Position numbers and translations under genes: made by a program. Under the pieces are notes generated by a model. The model was not told the DNA's origin. It did not search any database and saw only the letters and a list, made by a program, of their open reading frames with translations. From assembly GCA_963845755.1 (NCBI GenBank), contig CAWJTV010000027.1, forward strand, positions 32,001 to 96,000: 64,000 bases of DNA, written 5' to 3'. Source of the DNA: an uncultured Planctomycetota bacterium. Its GTDB lineage: Bacteria > Planctomycetota > Planctomycetia > Isosphaerales > Isosphaeraceae. This document shows positions 10,218 to 24,264 of the stretch, one piece after another. Position 1 is the stretch's first letter. Each line of letters opens with the position of its first letter.

Positions 10218-11284
10218 TGCGGAAGTACATCCTGGATCTCGTCCTGCTCGTGGCCGTGGTCGCGCTGATCGCCCAGTTCGGGGGTGTTGTCCGCGAAACC
10301 CTGCTGTATCTCGTGTTCGGCTGGTGGTGGTACGCGGAGCGGGTCATCCCCAAGGTGACCGTCTCGCGCGATGGCCTTAGCATGGGCATCGTCTGCCTGG
10401 TCCTGTTCGCGATCGGCTTTCACGCCTTGCTCCGCGGGTTCTACCGGGAGATCCAGCAGCCGGGCGAGCGTCCGGACACCGGCGCCCGCCGCTGGTCGTC
10501 GCGGTGGACGACCTCCATTATCGCGATCGTCCTCCTGATGTTCGTGATCGGACTCGCGGCCAGCGCGCTGGTGCATCAGGCCGGCTGGCTCATGAGATCC
10601 CCGGAACCGCTAATGGTTTCGAAGCCGGTGGTCCTTGGGAGTTCGCTCTGGAACCTCCGGCTCATCGGCGATGCAGCATTAGGATTTGAGACGTTACCCG
10701 CGGTCCGGGCCGATTCTCAGGAACCTGGATACCGGGCTCGTCTGGCGCCAACTCCAAAAGAGACGTTACCCGCGGCCCGGGTCGATTCTCAGGGACGGCT
10801 GCTGCATAGCTGGCAGACGGAGATCCTGTCGGGCCTGTGGATGCCCTTCTACGGCCAGTTCGACCCGGCCCGGCCCTGGAACGATCCGGTGAACTCCGCC
10901 TATTTCCGGGGAATCGTCCCCGTGTATCTCAACCCGGAGATCGGGGTCATCCGCAGCCCGGAAGGCTATGCGCTGAGCCACTATGCCGGCAACGTGAACG
11001 TCCTGGGGCGGGCCAAGCCCCTGGCGCTCAAGGAGATCGAGGGAAGCCTGGCCCAGACCGTCCTGGCGGGCGAGGTCTCGGTCAAGTTCAAGCCCTGGGG
11101 CGACCCGACCAACCTGCGCGACCCAATTCTTGGCATCAACACGATGCCCGATGCGTTCGGCAGCACGTCGCCGGGCGGAGCCCACTTCCTCTTCCTCGAC
11201 GGCTCCGTCCGGTTCGTGCGAGAGACCGCCGACCCGGCCGTCCTGCGGGCGATGAGCCGCACGAGTCCGCCAGCCGGCCACTGA
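10214..11284 (+). CDS. Membrane-anchored DUF1559 / H-X9-DG domain protein
   Basis: HSWQTEIL, FDPARPWNDPVN, GGAHFLFLDGSVRF; N-terminal TM helices. Confidence 0.8.
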   Translation: MMRKYILDLVLLVAVVALIAQFGGVVRETLLYLVFGWWWYAERVIPKVTVSRDGLSMGIVCLVLFAIGFHALLRGFYREIQQPGERPDTGARRWSSRWTTSIIAIVLLMFVIGLAASALVHQAGWLMRSPEPLMVSKPVVLGSSLWNLRLIGDAALGFETLPAVRADSQEPGYRARLAPTPKETLPAARVDSQGRLLHSWQTEILSGLWMPFYGQFDPARPWNDPVNSAYFRGIVPVYLNPEIGVIRSPEGYALSHYAGNVNVLGRAKPLALKEIEGSLAQTVLAGEVSVKFKPWGDPTNLRDPILGINTMPDAFGSTSPGGAHFLFLDGSVRFVRETADPAVLRAMSRTSPPAGH

Positions 11285-11350
11285 TCGTCTTCGTGGACCT
11301 CACGAACCTCACCTCGATATCCGGCCGGTCCGTTTGTTACGCTGGACAAC

Positions 11351-11408
11351 GTAGGTCAGGCGTTCCAGCCTGACAGGACCGGACGTCAGGCTGGAACGCC
11401 TGACCTAC
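11351..11408. repeat. GTAG-type REP doublet (24-bp perfect inverted repeat)
   Basis: GTAGGTCAGGCGTTCCAGCCTGAC-N10-GTCAGGCTGGAACGCCTGACCTAC. Confidence 0.85.
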
Positions 11409-11427
11409 CCCCTTGCCGGCGTATTCC

Positions 11428-13228
<1,801 letters not shown>

Positions 13229-13300
13229 ATCGGACGTTCGCTGTGCTCGCGGAGTATTTGGTGTCAATCGCCCTTGGCCGTTGTCGTGGGCTCGCGGCGA

Positions 13301-14317
13301 TCAAGACGGCTTCCCTTTCTTCGACCGGCGTTTCCGTGTCCAGACCCGGCGCAGATCATCCGGGCTGGCCGCTGTCTCGATCGCATTGAGAAGCTTACGA
13401 AGCAACTTGTGGTCTTGAATCTCACGGAGATCCGGCATCAAATCCAGACCCTCGGCGCCGAACTTCATTCTCAGGCATGTCTCAATGCCTTGGAGAATAC
13501 CTTCAAGCAAACCCTCCTCCTTAGCCATCCGCTCCGTAATCGTGATAAATGGCATAGACTTCTCCTGCTGATAAACGCGGAGTTCTTGCCCAAACCGCTG
13601 TTCCAGTTCCGCCGGTAGCTCCATGATCCAGTCGATGAACCGATAGAGCTGTCGGATATCTTCCGCATCCATCCCCCGCTCGTACAGCCCCTTGACCAAC
13701 CGCAGCTTCCAGGCATGCCGATCGTCTGGCGACCGACGGGTCTCCAGGGTCTTGAGGTGCGCCAACACCACCATGGCGAACGGATTCGGATCGGCCTCCA
13801 ACTCCTGAACACGAGGCGCGTAGTCCAGCAGCTTGACAAAAGGAAACTCCGTGCCGGTGCGGAAGCCCCAGCGGCTGTATCCGAACTGGCTGGGCCGCCA
13901 GTCAGGATCGTCGTCGGCCAGGATCGCCAGGCTAATCACCTCACGATCATAACGGTCGAAGATCCGATGGTTGTAGACGTACATCCGCTTGGGAAAGTCG
14001 CGCTCCTTCCCGGCCTGCACCTCGACATGGATCAGGATCCACCGCTCTTCGCCGCTCTTGAGCCACACCTTGACCAACTTGTCCACGTAACGCCGGCCCC
14101 GTTTGGCCTGGCGGACGATCGGTTGCAGCTCTTTGTCCAGCATCTCATATCCGCGCGCCCAGTCGATCTCGGCATAAGCCTGCGGGAAGAAGAAGGCCAG
14201 GCAATGCTGGAAATAACGATCCAGCGCCTCTTTCCACGGACTATCATAGTCGATCCTGGGTCGTCTCGGCGCGCTTCGCCCGCCGGTCTTTCCCGACATC
14301 GATTTCCGTTTCGCCAT
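13301..14317 (-). CDS. Rpn/YhgA-like PD-(D/E)XK nuclease (putative transposase) family protein
   Basis: DYDSPWKEALDRYF...YVDKLVKVW...ILIHVEVQ...FPKRMYVYNHRIFDRY. Confidence 0.8.
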   Translation of the reverse strand: MAKRKSMSGKTGGRSAPRRPRIDYDSPWKEALDRYFQHCLAFFFPQAYAEIDWARGYEMLDKELQPIVRQAKRGRRYVDKLVKVWLKSGEERWILIHVEVQAGKERDFPKRMYVYNHRIFDRYDREVISLAILADDDPDWRPSQFGYSRWGFRTGTEFPFVKLLDYAPRVQELEADPNPFAMVVLAHLKTLETRRSPDDRHAWKLRLVKGLYERGMDAEDIRQLYRFIDWIMELPAELEQRFGQELRVYQQEKSMPFITITERMAKEEGLLEGILQGIETCLRMKFGAEGLDLMPDLREIQDHKLLRKLLNAIETAASPDDLRRVWTRKRRSKKGKPS

Positions 14318-14379
14318 GGCGCGTGTCCGAAGATCTTTTCCATTTCACGTCCGGCGTCGGCGCAGACCCGCTTCTTGGC

Positions 14380-14570
14380 GGCCTGGACATCACGGCCACT
14401 CTCGGGGTCCGGTCCGGCCGGGGCGCGGCGCCGGGCACGCTCCGGCCCCGTCCGGTTGGGCTCCGCCCTGCGGCTCCGCCGCACCACCGCCCAGGCCTCC
14501 GCGAGCCCGGCGTCGTTTCCCTCGCTTGAGCTCAGCGACCAGACTCTTCTAGGGCCACGCGGAACCCCAG
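14380..14570. repeat. Conserved 3' end and flank of TIR-FGE gene (copy 1), with two GGA-triloop hairpins
   Basis: Closely similar to ~17788-17977; hairpins at 14458-14468 and 14469-14483. Confidence 0.9.
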
Positions 14571-15899
14571 GTAGCTGCCCCGGTTCCCCGGCACGTTCCT
14601 GATGCGGTACGCCGACCGGGCGAAGCGGGGGTTGTTGATCCAGCTCCCGCCGCGGACGACCCGGCACGCGGCCTGCGTGGCACCCGGCGGATCGTCCACC
14701 GGCGACTCCTTGTAATAATCGGCCGCATACCCATCCGAACACCACTCGTAGACATTTCCGTGCATGTCAAACAGGCCCCATTTGTTCGACTTGTAGCGGC
14801 CTACCGGGGCCGTGTAGACGTAGCCGTCCCGCGCCGCGATCGTCGCCCACTGCCAGTTCGGATACTTCTCCTTCAACGTCCCATCGGCAATGTTCCCGAA
14901 CGCCGCCATGCCCTCGGGGTCGTCGCCGAAGACGTAGCGGGTCGTCGTCCCCGCTCGGCAGGCATATTCCCATTCCGCCTCCGTCGGCAGCCGGTAGGTC
15001 TTCCCCTCCTTCCGGCTCAGCCAGGCAACGAATGCCTGCGCGTCGTTCCAGCTCACGTTGACCACCGGATGGTCGTCGGTCTGCTCGAATCCTGCGTTTT
15101 GCCAGGTAAACTTCGGATCCTGCTCGAACTGCTTCGTCGCCTCATTCCAACCATACCCCCCCTTGCTATCTTTCTTCTCCGCCTCGGTCTGGTAGCCGGC
15201 CTCGTCCACGAACCGGCGGAACTGGCCGCGGGTCACCTCGGTCACGCCCAGGTAGAACGGCCGGGTGATCCGCACCCGATGCTTCTGCATCTTGCCGGCG
15301 GCCTTGTCTACAAACTCATCGTCGTACGCGTCTGGGTCGCTTTCATCCGAGCCCATCAGGAACTCACCGGCCGGGATCAAGGCCAGCTTCATCCCGATCG
15401 AGTTCGTCCACTCCTTCGGCTGTGGCGCACGTGGCTGGTGTGGCTGGAACAGGCGCTCAATCCCTTTGATGAGCCGGTTGATGTTGTTATCGAAGTCCCG
15501 TCCCGGATCCAGATTGAGTGCGTTGCGGTAGGCTAGCCCGGCCAGCGAGGGCGGCAGCTCCGCCTCGCCCGGCATCCGGGCGTGGTCGATCAGGATCGGC
15601 ACCACGGGCAGGTTCCGTTCCAGCGCCGATTCGATCTCGATCCGGACGAAGTCGCGCGGATCGTCGATCCGACGGGCAGCACCGGCCTCGCCGGCCCAGT
15701 GGCGGCCGATCACGGCCAGCAGGATGCCGCACTCGTCGACCGCCGCCTTGATGTGCTCGCGAAAGTCGACACCGAAGGGAATGGCATCGATGTCCATGAA
15801 GATGGCGTCGGGGCCGAAATGAGCGCGCAGGCGATCGTAGAGGAATTGGGCCACGTAGGCCGAATCCTGGCGCCGGTAGGAGAGGAAGATCCTGGCCAT
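14532..15899 (-). CDS. TIR domain + FGE-sulfatase (SUMF1/CLec fold) protein, probable DGR target
   Basis: TIR: IFLSYRRQD, FMDIDAIPFGVDF, DFVRIEIESAL; FGE: NSIGMKLALIPAGEFLMGS, YRLPTEAEWEYACRAG, GLFDMHGNVYEWC, RGGSW...GFRVA. Confidence 0.92.
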   Translation of the reverse strand: MARIFLSYRRQDSAYVAQFLYDRLRAHFGPDAIFMDIDAIPFGVDFREHIKAAVDECGILLAVIGRHWAGEAGAARRIDDPRDFVRIEIESALERNLPVVPILIDHARMPGEAELPPSLAGLAYRNALNLDPGRDFDNNINRLIKGIERLFQPHQPRAPQPKEWTNSIGMKLALIPAGEFLMGSDESDPDAYDDEFVDKAAGKMQKHRVRITRPFYLGVTEVTRGQFRRFVDEAGYQTEAEKKDSKGGYGWNEATKQFEQDPKFTWQNAGFEQTDDHPVVNVSWNDAQAFVAWLSRKEGKTYRLPTEAEWEYACRAGTTTRYVFGDDPEGMAAFGNIADGTLKEKYPNWQWATIAARDGYVYTAPVGRYKSNKWGLFDMHGNVYEWCSDGYAADYYKESPVDDPPGATQAACRVVRGGSWINNPRFARSAYRIRNVPGNRGSYLGFRVALEESGR

Positions 15900-16026
15900 C
15901 GATCCCTCACCGCATCGTTTCTTCGGTCTTCACTCCCTGATGGATGATACGCGACGACGTCTCGGGGCGTCCAGCACCTGGGGAAGTTGTTCGATTGTCC
16001 ATATTGGCTCGACCCGATCGCATCGC

Positions 16027-16832
16027 TCAGCCCTGTGCTGCGGCCACGATCGTCTCGGCCCAGGCGGCCTGATCGGGTCGGAGCGGAGGGATCATGGCGT
16101 CCTCGCCGTAACGGATCTCGCGCGCGTACGGTCCGGCATCGTAGCAGCGGTCGAAGACGGACTGGAGGTCGAGCGTCACCGAAGGGTCGCCGGGCAAGAG
16201 TGGGATCTCGACCGCCGGCAGGCGATCCTCCAGTCGGATCGGGTAGACGAAGACCGTTTCGAGGTCGTCGAAAGGCCGGACGGAAATGTGATAATCGAAC
16301 GGGCCGCACGCCTCGCGTGCCGCGTCGAGCGGGACGGCCGTCGTGTGCTCGCCGCTGCGCAGGAAGTCGAACTCGATCAGGTGGACCTGGCTCGCGAGGA
16401 TCTCGTTCTGCTTGCGCTTGTAGAGGTCGCGCCCCTGTTCGCCGGGCGTCTTGTTCGAGAGGCTGAGGACCTCGATGGAGGTGACCAGTCGCTTGCCTTC
16501 GCCGCTCCGCGTAGATCTCGACGAAGGGCTCGCGGATCTCGTCGTGAGCGACCTTGATCGCGACAGGCTGGGCCGCGGGTGCATTGGCGACGGCCACCGA
16601 CCGACGACCTCCGGCTTGCGATGTGGTGGACCGCGCGCACCGCACCTCCACGTCGGGGCCAATCGAGCGCCTGAGAGCTCGATCCAGATCCGACGGCCCA
16701 GCGCCGCGAAGTAGGGGCTGGTAGACTCGCCTGAATCGCTTCCCGCAAGTAGGTGATGAAACTGTCGTGGAAGTCCGGAAAGATCTCCGGGTTCTCCAGG
16801 TAGGGGTCCATGCCTGGGAAGGGCGAGGGCAT
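16027..16832 (-). CDS. DUF4058 family protein (PD-(D/E)XK-like; several frameshifts)
   Basis: MPSPFPGMDPYLE...FHDSFITYLREAI; VTSIEVLSLSNK...GRDLYKRKQ...VHLIEFDFLRSG...LDLQSVFDRCYD. Confidence 0.85.
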
Positions 16833-16899
16833 CGCAATCCTCGAAGTGAACCGGGGCACCGATTAAGGAACGCCCCGAGCGTTCGCCAAGTGAACGGAC

Positions 16900-17798
16900 T
16901 CAGCCCTTGAGCGAACCCAGCAGGTCGGCCCAGGTCGAGACATCCTCGATGCGGTCCTGGAGGTCATGCAGGGTCCCGAGATCGGCGATGGACGCGATCT
17001 GGGCCTGGACCCCTTCTTCAGGGGGACCCAGCTTCCGGCGGCCCTGACGCAAAAGAGTCGCTCTCGCCTCCTCGGCAAGGCCCTCAGCGCAACCCTTGGC
17101 CTCGCCCTTGCGGAGGATACCCTGATAGACCGACGATTCCTCGATCCCTTCAATTCCGAACAACATGGCGGACATCCCCTCGATGATCGCGTCGACCTGC
17201 TTTTCCTCGTAGCGCAAGCCCATCAGGATCTTGGTCGCGTTCCACAACGTCGCCGCCTGCTCCCGGTTGGTTTCCCGCGCCATCCGATCCGACATGGCCA
17301 GGAGTACGCTGGGAACTCGCTCGACCGCGACATTCGACACCGGCGCCAGCGGCAAGACCGGCAAGCCCGCCACCAGGACCTCCTCCACCGGCTGCTGCCA
17401 GACCCTCACGACATTGTAGCGGAATGTGTCGTAAATGTCCCCGTGGCGATCTTGCTGCTCGAAGACCCCCGTCAACTCCGGACCATCGACCACGGGTCGC
17501 AACAAAATGACCGACGAATGCACGGGGACCTGGAAACTGTGTCGGATGATGGTGCTGTACCAGTGCACGCCCTCCGGCAAGTCGGGGTTGCGGCCTGCCT
17601 GGAGCTCGAGGTGCTCGATCCAGGGCTGGGGATCGTCCACCCAGAGGACCTTGTCGGCCTCGGCGGTAACGGTCGAGAGGTTCGAGTCGATCACCTTGAC
17701 CGCGCGGGATCAGCAACCGGGATGTGCAGAAAGCGAAGCCACGCCGCCGGCTCCATCTCGATCAGCTTCCGCAGCGTCGCGTCAAATGGCCTGGACAT
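16900..17798 (-). CDS. Rpn-like / DUF4351-type protein (frameshift near 17700)
   Basis: MSRPFDATLRKLIEMEPAAWL + VIDSNLSTVTAEADKVL..HLELQAG...EESSVYQGILRKGEAKG..EEARATLLRQGRRKLG. Confidence 0.75.
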
Positions 17799-17977
17799 CA
17801 CCACCCCTATCTGGACCCGGTCCGGCTCGGGCGCGACATCGGGCACGCTCCGGCCCCGGCCGGTTGGGCTCCGCCCTGCGGCTCCGCCGCACCACCGGCC
17901 AGGCCTCCGCGAGCCCGCCGGCGTTTCCTCGCTTGAGCTCAGCGGCCAGACTCCTCTAGGGCCACGCGGAACCCCAG
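17788..17977. repeat. Conserved 3' end and flank of TIR-FGE gene (copy 2), with two GGA-triloop hairpins
   Basis: Matches 14380-14570; hairpins at 17866-17876 and 17877-17891. Confidence 0.9.
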
Positions 17978-19206
17978 GTCGTTGAACCGGTTCACCGGCA
18001 CGTGCCCGCAGCGGTTCGCCGACCGGGCGCGGCGGGGGCGTAGAACCAGCTCCCGCCGCGGATCACCCGGAGCGCGGCCTGCGCGGCGCCCGGCGGATCG
18101 TCCACCGGCGACTGTTTGTAATAATCGGCCGTATACCCGTCCCAACACCACTCCCAAACGTTCCCCAACATGTCGTAGAGTCCCCACTCGTTTCGTTTCT
18201 TCTGACCGACCGGGTGGGTCTTACTATCGGAGTTCTTTTCGTACCACGCGTACTCTCCCAGCCCGTTCTCATCGTCACCGGAGGGATACCGCGTCGAGCG
18301 GCCGGCTCGGCAGGCATATTCCCATTCCGCCTCGGTGGGCAGACGGTAACCGTTGCCACCAGCAATGGTGACCGTGTCGCCCGCGATTCGATAGTAAGGT
18401 TTCCGACCTTCCCGCTCGCTCAGCTTGTTGCAGAACTTGACCGCGTCCAGCCAGGAGACCTTTTCAACCGGCAGGTCATCCGACCCCTTGAATGTGCTCG
18501 GGTTCTCGCCCATCACGGCCTGGTATTGGCCCTGAGTCACCTCGGTCACGCCCAGGTAGAACGGCCGGCTGATCCGCACCCGATGCTTCTGCTTCTTGCC
18601 GGCGGCCTTGTCCAGAAATTCATTGTCGAACGCATCCGGATCGCTTTCATCCGAGCCCATCAGGAACTCGCCGGACAGGATCAGCGTCAGCGTCATCCCG
18701 ATCGAGTTGGTCAACTCCTTCTGCGGCTGTGACGGAGGCGGCTGAGCTGGCTGGATCAGGCGTTCGATCCCTTGGATGAGCCGGTTGACGTTGTGGTCGA
18801 AGTCCCGTCCCGGATCCAGATCGAGCGCGTTGCGGTAGGCCAGCCGGGCCAGCGAGGGCGGCAGGTCCACCTCGCCCGGCATCCGGGCGTGGTCGATCAG
18901 GATCGGCACCACGGGGAGGTTCCGCTCCAGCGCGGATTCGATCTCGATCCGAACGAAGTCGCGCGGATCGTCGATCCGACGGGCAGCACCGGCCTCGCCC
19001 GCCCAGTGGCGGCCGATCACGGCCAGCAGGATGCCGCACTCGTCGACCGCCGCCTTGATGTGCTCGCGAAAGTCGACACCGAAGGGAATGGCATCGATGT
19101 CCATGAAGATGGCGTCGGGGCCGAAATGAGCGCGAAGCCGATCGTAGAGGAATTGGGCCACGTAGGCCGCGTCCTGGCGCCGGTAGGAGAGGAAGATCTT
19201 GGCCAT
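17939..19206 (-). CDS. TIR domain + FGE-sulfatase protein paralog 2, probable DGR target (1-nt loss in G-run near 18035)
   Basis: TIR nearly identical to copy 1; FGE motifs; the true C-terminus ...DLGFRVALEESGR lies in ORF 17939..18187. Confidence 0.9.
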
Positions 19207-19441
19207 CGATCCCTCGCCGCGTCGGTCGGTTCTTCGGTCTTCACTCCCTGATGGATGAGATGATACGCGACGAGGTCACGGGCCGTCCATCCTCTGGGGG
19301 TGCCATCGATTTCGGAAGATGGGTCAATCGAGGCCCGAATTCCCTCTTCAGGTCACCGTGGCTGACGGTCTCTCCCTGTTCGACCAGTCGGCGTGCTGGC
19401 TACAGTGAGAGTCCCTGGCCGATCGAGCGTCCGAGCGACCC

Positions 19442-20035
19442 TCAAGCCGGTCTCTCTCGCTTCGAACGGCGGCTTTCGCGTCCAGACCCGGCGCAGATCG
19501 TCCGGGCTGGCCGCTGTCTCAATCGCATTCAGAATCCGACTCAGCAATTCATGGTCGTGAAGCTCACGAAGGTCTGGCATCAGCTCTAGACCTTCCTCGC
19601 CAAATTTCATTCGTAGGCATGCCTCGATGCCTTCAAGCAGGCCCTTCTCCATGCCGACCCGCTCAAAAATTGTGATGAATGGCATGTGCTTCTCCTGCTG
19701 ATAAGCGGTGAGCTCTTGCTGGAAACGCTGTTCCAGTTCCTGGGGCAGATCCATGATCCAGTCAATGAATCGTAACAACTGCCGCACGTCCTCCGCATCC
19801 ATCCCGCGCTCGTAGAGCCCCTTGACTAGCCGCAGTTTCCAGGACTTCCGGTCAGCTGGCGACCGAGTCTCAGGGTCGTCCACGTGGATCAGGAGCCACC
19901 GCTCTTCACCGCCCTTGAGCCAGACCTTGACCAGCTTGTCGAACGTAACGCCGGCCCTGCTTGGCCTGGCGGACGATCGGCTGGAGCTCCTTGTCCAGCA
20001 TGTCCTAGCCGCGCGTCCAGTCGATCTCGGCGTGG
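19442..20035 (-). pseudogene. Degenerate Rpn-like gene: 5' truncated, central deletion, C-terminal part retained
   Basis: DKLVKVWLKGGEERWLLIHV is joined almost directly to ETRSPADRKSWKLRLVKGLYERG; homologous to 13301..14317. Confidence 0.8.
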
Positions 20036-20155
20036 GCGCGCGGAAAGAAGCGGGCTTGACGGCTCGCCTGAACTGGACTGGCGTGAAAGATTCCGGATAG
20101 GATGAGCAGGGCGTCAAGAGGTGTGAGACGAGATGCCAGAGGTGGACGCGTTCCC

Positions 20156-20400
20156 ATGATTCGTGCCATCGTTCAAAATGGGCTCCTGCACCGCTCGATC
20201 CCTTGCCACGCGACTGGGCCGAGGGTCGCATCGTCGTCGTCGAAGACGCCGAGTCTGCCATTTCCGATGATCTCGACGAGTGGTATGAGGAACTCAATCG
20301 CCTGGGACCGGCTCAATATGAGCCGGGTGAGCGCGAACAGATTCGGGCCATCTTGGCGGAAGCCGATGCACTCGTCCGTCGCGAGATGGGATCTCTGTGA
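20156..20400 (+). CDS. Putative antitoxin (frameshift near 20190)
   Basis: MIRAIVQNG...DPLPRDWAEGRIVVVE; stop overlaps the ATG of a PIN gene fragment. Confidence 0.5.
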
Positions 20401-20504
20401 TGGCCCGATACCTCTTCGACACCAACCATCTCAGCGCCGCTATGGACGATGAAGCCGGTTTCCGCGAACACATCTTCCCGTTGCGTCGGGCTGACGATCG
20501 ATAG
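20400..20504 (+). pseudogene. Truncated VapC/PIN toxin
   Basis: MARYLFDTNHLSAAM... PIN N-terminal DTN motif, stop after 34 residues. Confidence 0.6.
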
Positions 20505-20519
20505 ACGACTCAGGGTGTG

Positions 20520-20756
20520 TCAACCGCTCAGCCTCCGCTCGAGCTCTTCGCGACTGATGGTTTTCTGTCGTCGGCGTTCCTCCATCAGCTTCCAGAATTC
20601 GGGGTCGCTGGAGAGGCGAATTTGCTCTTCATCCATCCCATCGACGCTCACAACCAGCGCGATGGGATGGCCACCGCGCGTGAGGATCACCCGCTCTTGC
20701 TGCGCCTCGGTGACACAGCGATCAAGCGTGGCATCTTCCATGGCAACCGTTTTCAT
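20520..20756 (-). CDS. Antitoxin, Phd/YefM-like
   Basis: ERVILTRGGHPIALVVSV motif; 4-nt overlap with upstream toxin gene. Confidence 0.75.
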   Translation of the reverse strand: MKTVAMEDATLDRCVTEAQQERVILTRGGHPIALVVSVDGMDEEQIRLSSDPEFWKLMEERRRQKTISREELERRLSG

Positions 20757-21052
20757 AGGATCTCCTCCGTCGTCTTGTGCGGCGGTTTGTGCCGGATTGC
20801 CCGAACCACCACGCGCTGTTCCTCTTCATCCACCGCGTAGAACACTCGAAATTCGCCAATACGAAGTTCCCAAACAGGTCCCGCATGCTCCCAAGGAGGA
20901 TCCAATCCGACGAGTTCTTTCTTGTTTCGAGTCTCCGCCGTGGGCTGATGGATAAGCTGCTGGTCAATCTGATCCAGAATCCGCTTGCGATCGAAAGCAC
21001 GGAGATCCGCCAAGTCCTCAGCGACCGCTTCGCTAAACTCAATAGTGAACAT
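20753..21052 (-). CDS. RelE/ParE family toxin
   Basis: MFTIEFSEAVAEDL...WELRIGEFRVFYAVDEEEQRVVVRAIRHK. Confidence 0.88.
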   Translation of the reverse strand: MFTIEFSEAVAEDLADLRAFDRKRILDQIDQQLIHQPTAETRNKKELVGLDPPWEHAGPVWELRIGEFRVFYAVDEEEQRVVVRAIRHKPPHKTTEEIL

Positions 21053-21141
21053 GTCTCGCATTTTCGATTCCGGCTGCCTATTCCGGTCAGTCTATCCTCT
21101 CCGCTATTGTAACCGAATCACGCACCGGAACATCCCTCCGG

Positions 21142-21183
21142 AAAACAAAACCGCCCCGGGTCGAGGATCTCGACCCGGGGCGG
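21142..21183 (-). terminator. Rho-independent terminator of rRNA operon
   Basis: 15-bp stem 21151-21165/21169-21183 followed by TTTTGTTTT on the minus strand, just after 5S. Confidence 0.85.
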
Positions 21184-21196
21184 CTCTGTGAGATGA

Positions 21197-21306
21197 TTCC
21201 GGCGATAACCGACTTTCGCGCCAAAGGCACTATCATGGGCCTGGCGGGCTTAACGGCCGTGTTCGGAATGGGAACGGGTGTGACCCCGCCAGTATAGTCG
21301 CCGGAA
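21197..21306 (-). rRNA. rrf: 5S rRNA (short planctomycete type)
   Basis: Contains CCCGTTCCCATTCCGAACACGGCCGTTAAG on minus strand; terminal helix TTCCGGCGA/TCGCCGGAA. Confidence 0.95.
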
Positions 21307-21462
21307 AAGCGGCCGGCCGGCGATCAAGCCAGGCCGGACGCATTTTCGGTGAGTCAGCCACACACTGCAATCACGGTGGCAATCTTCCGCTACAGTTCAA
21401 AACAAATCTTACGCAATCACTGTCCGATCGCCCGTGCCTTGGAGGCAGCGAGCCGATCGGGG

Positions 21463-24264
<2,802 letters not shown>

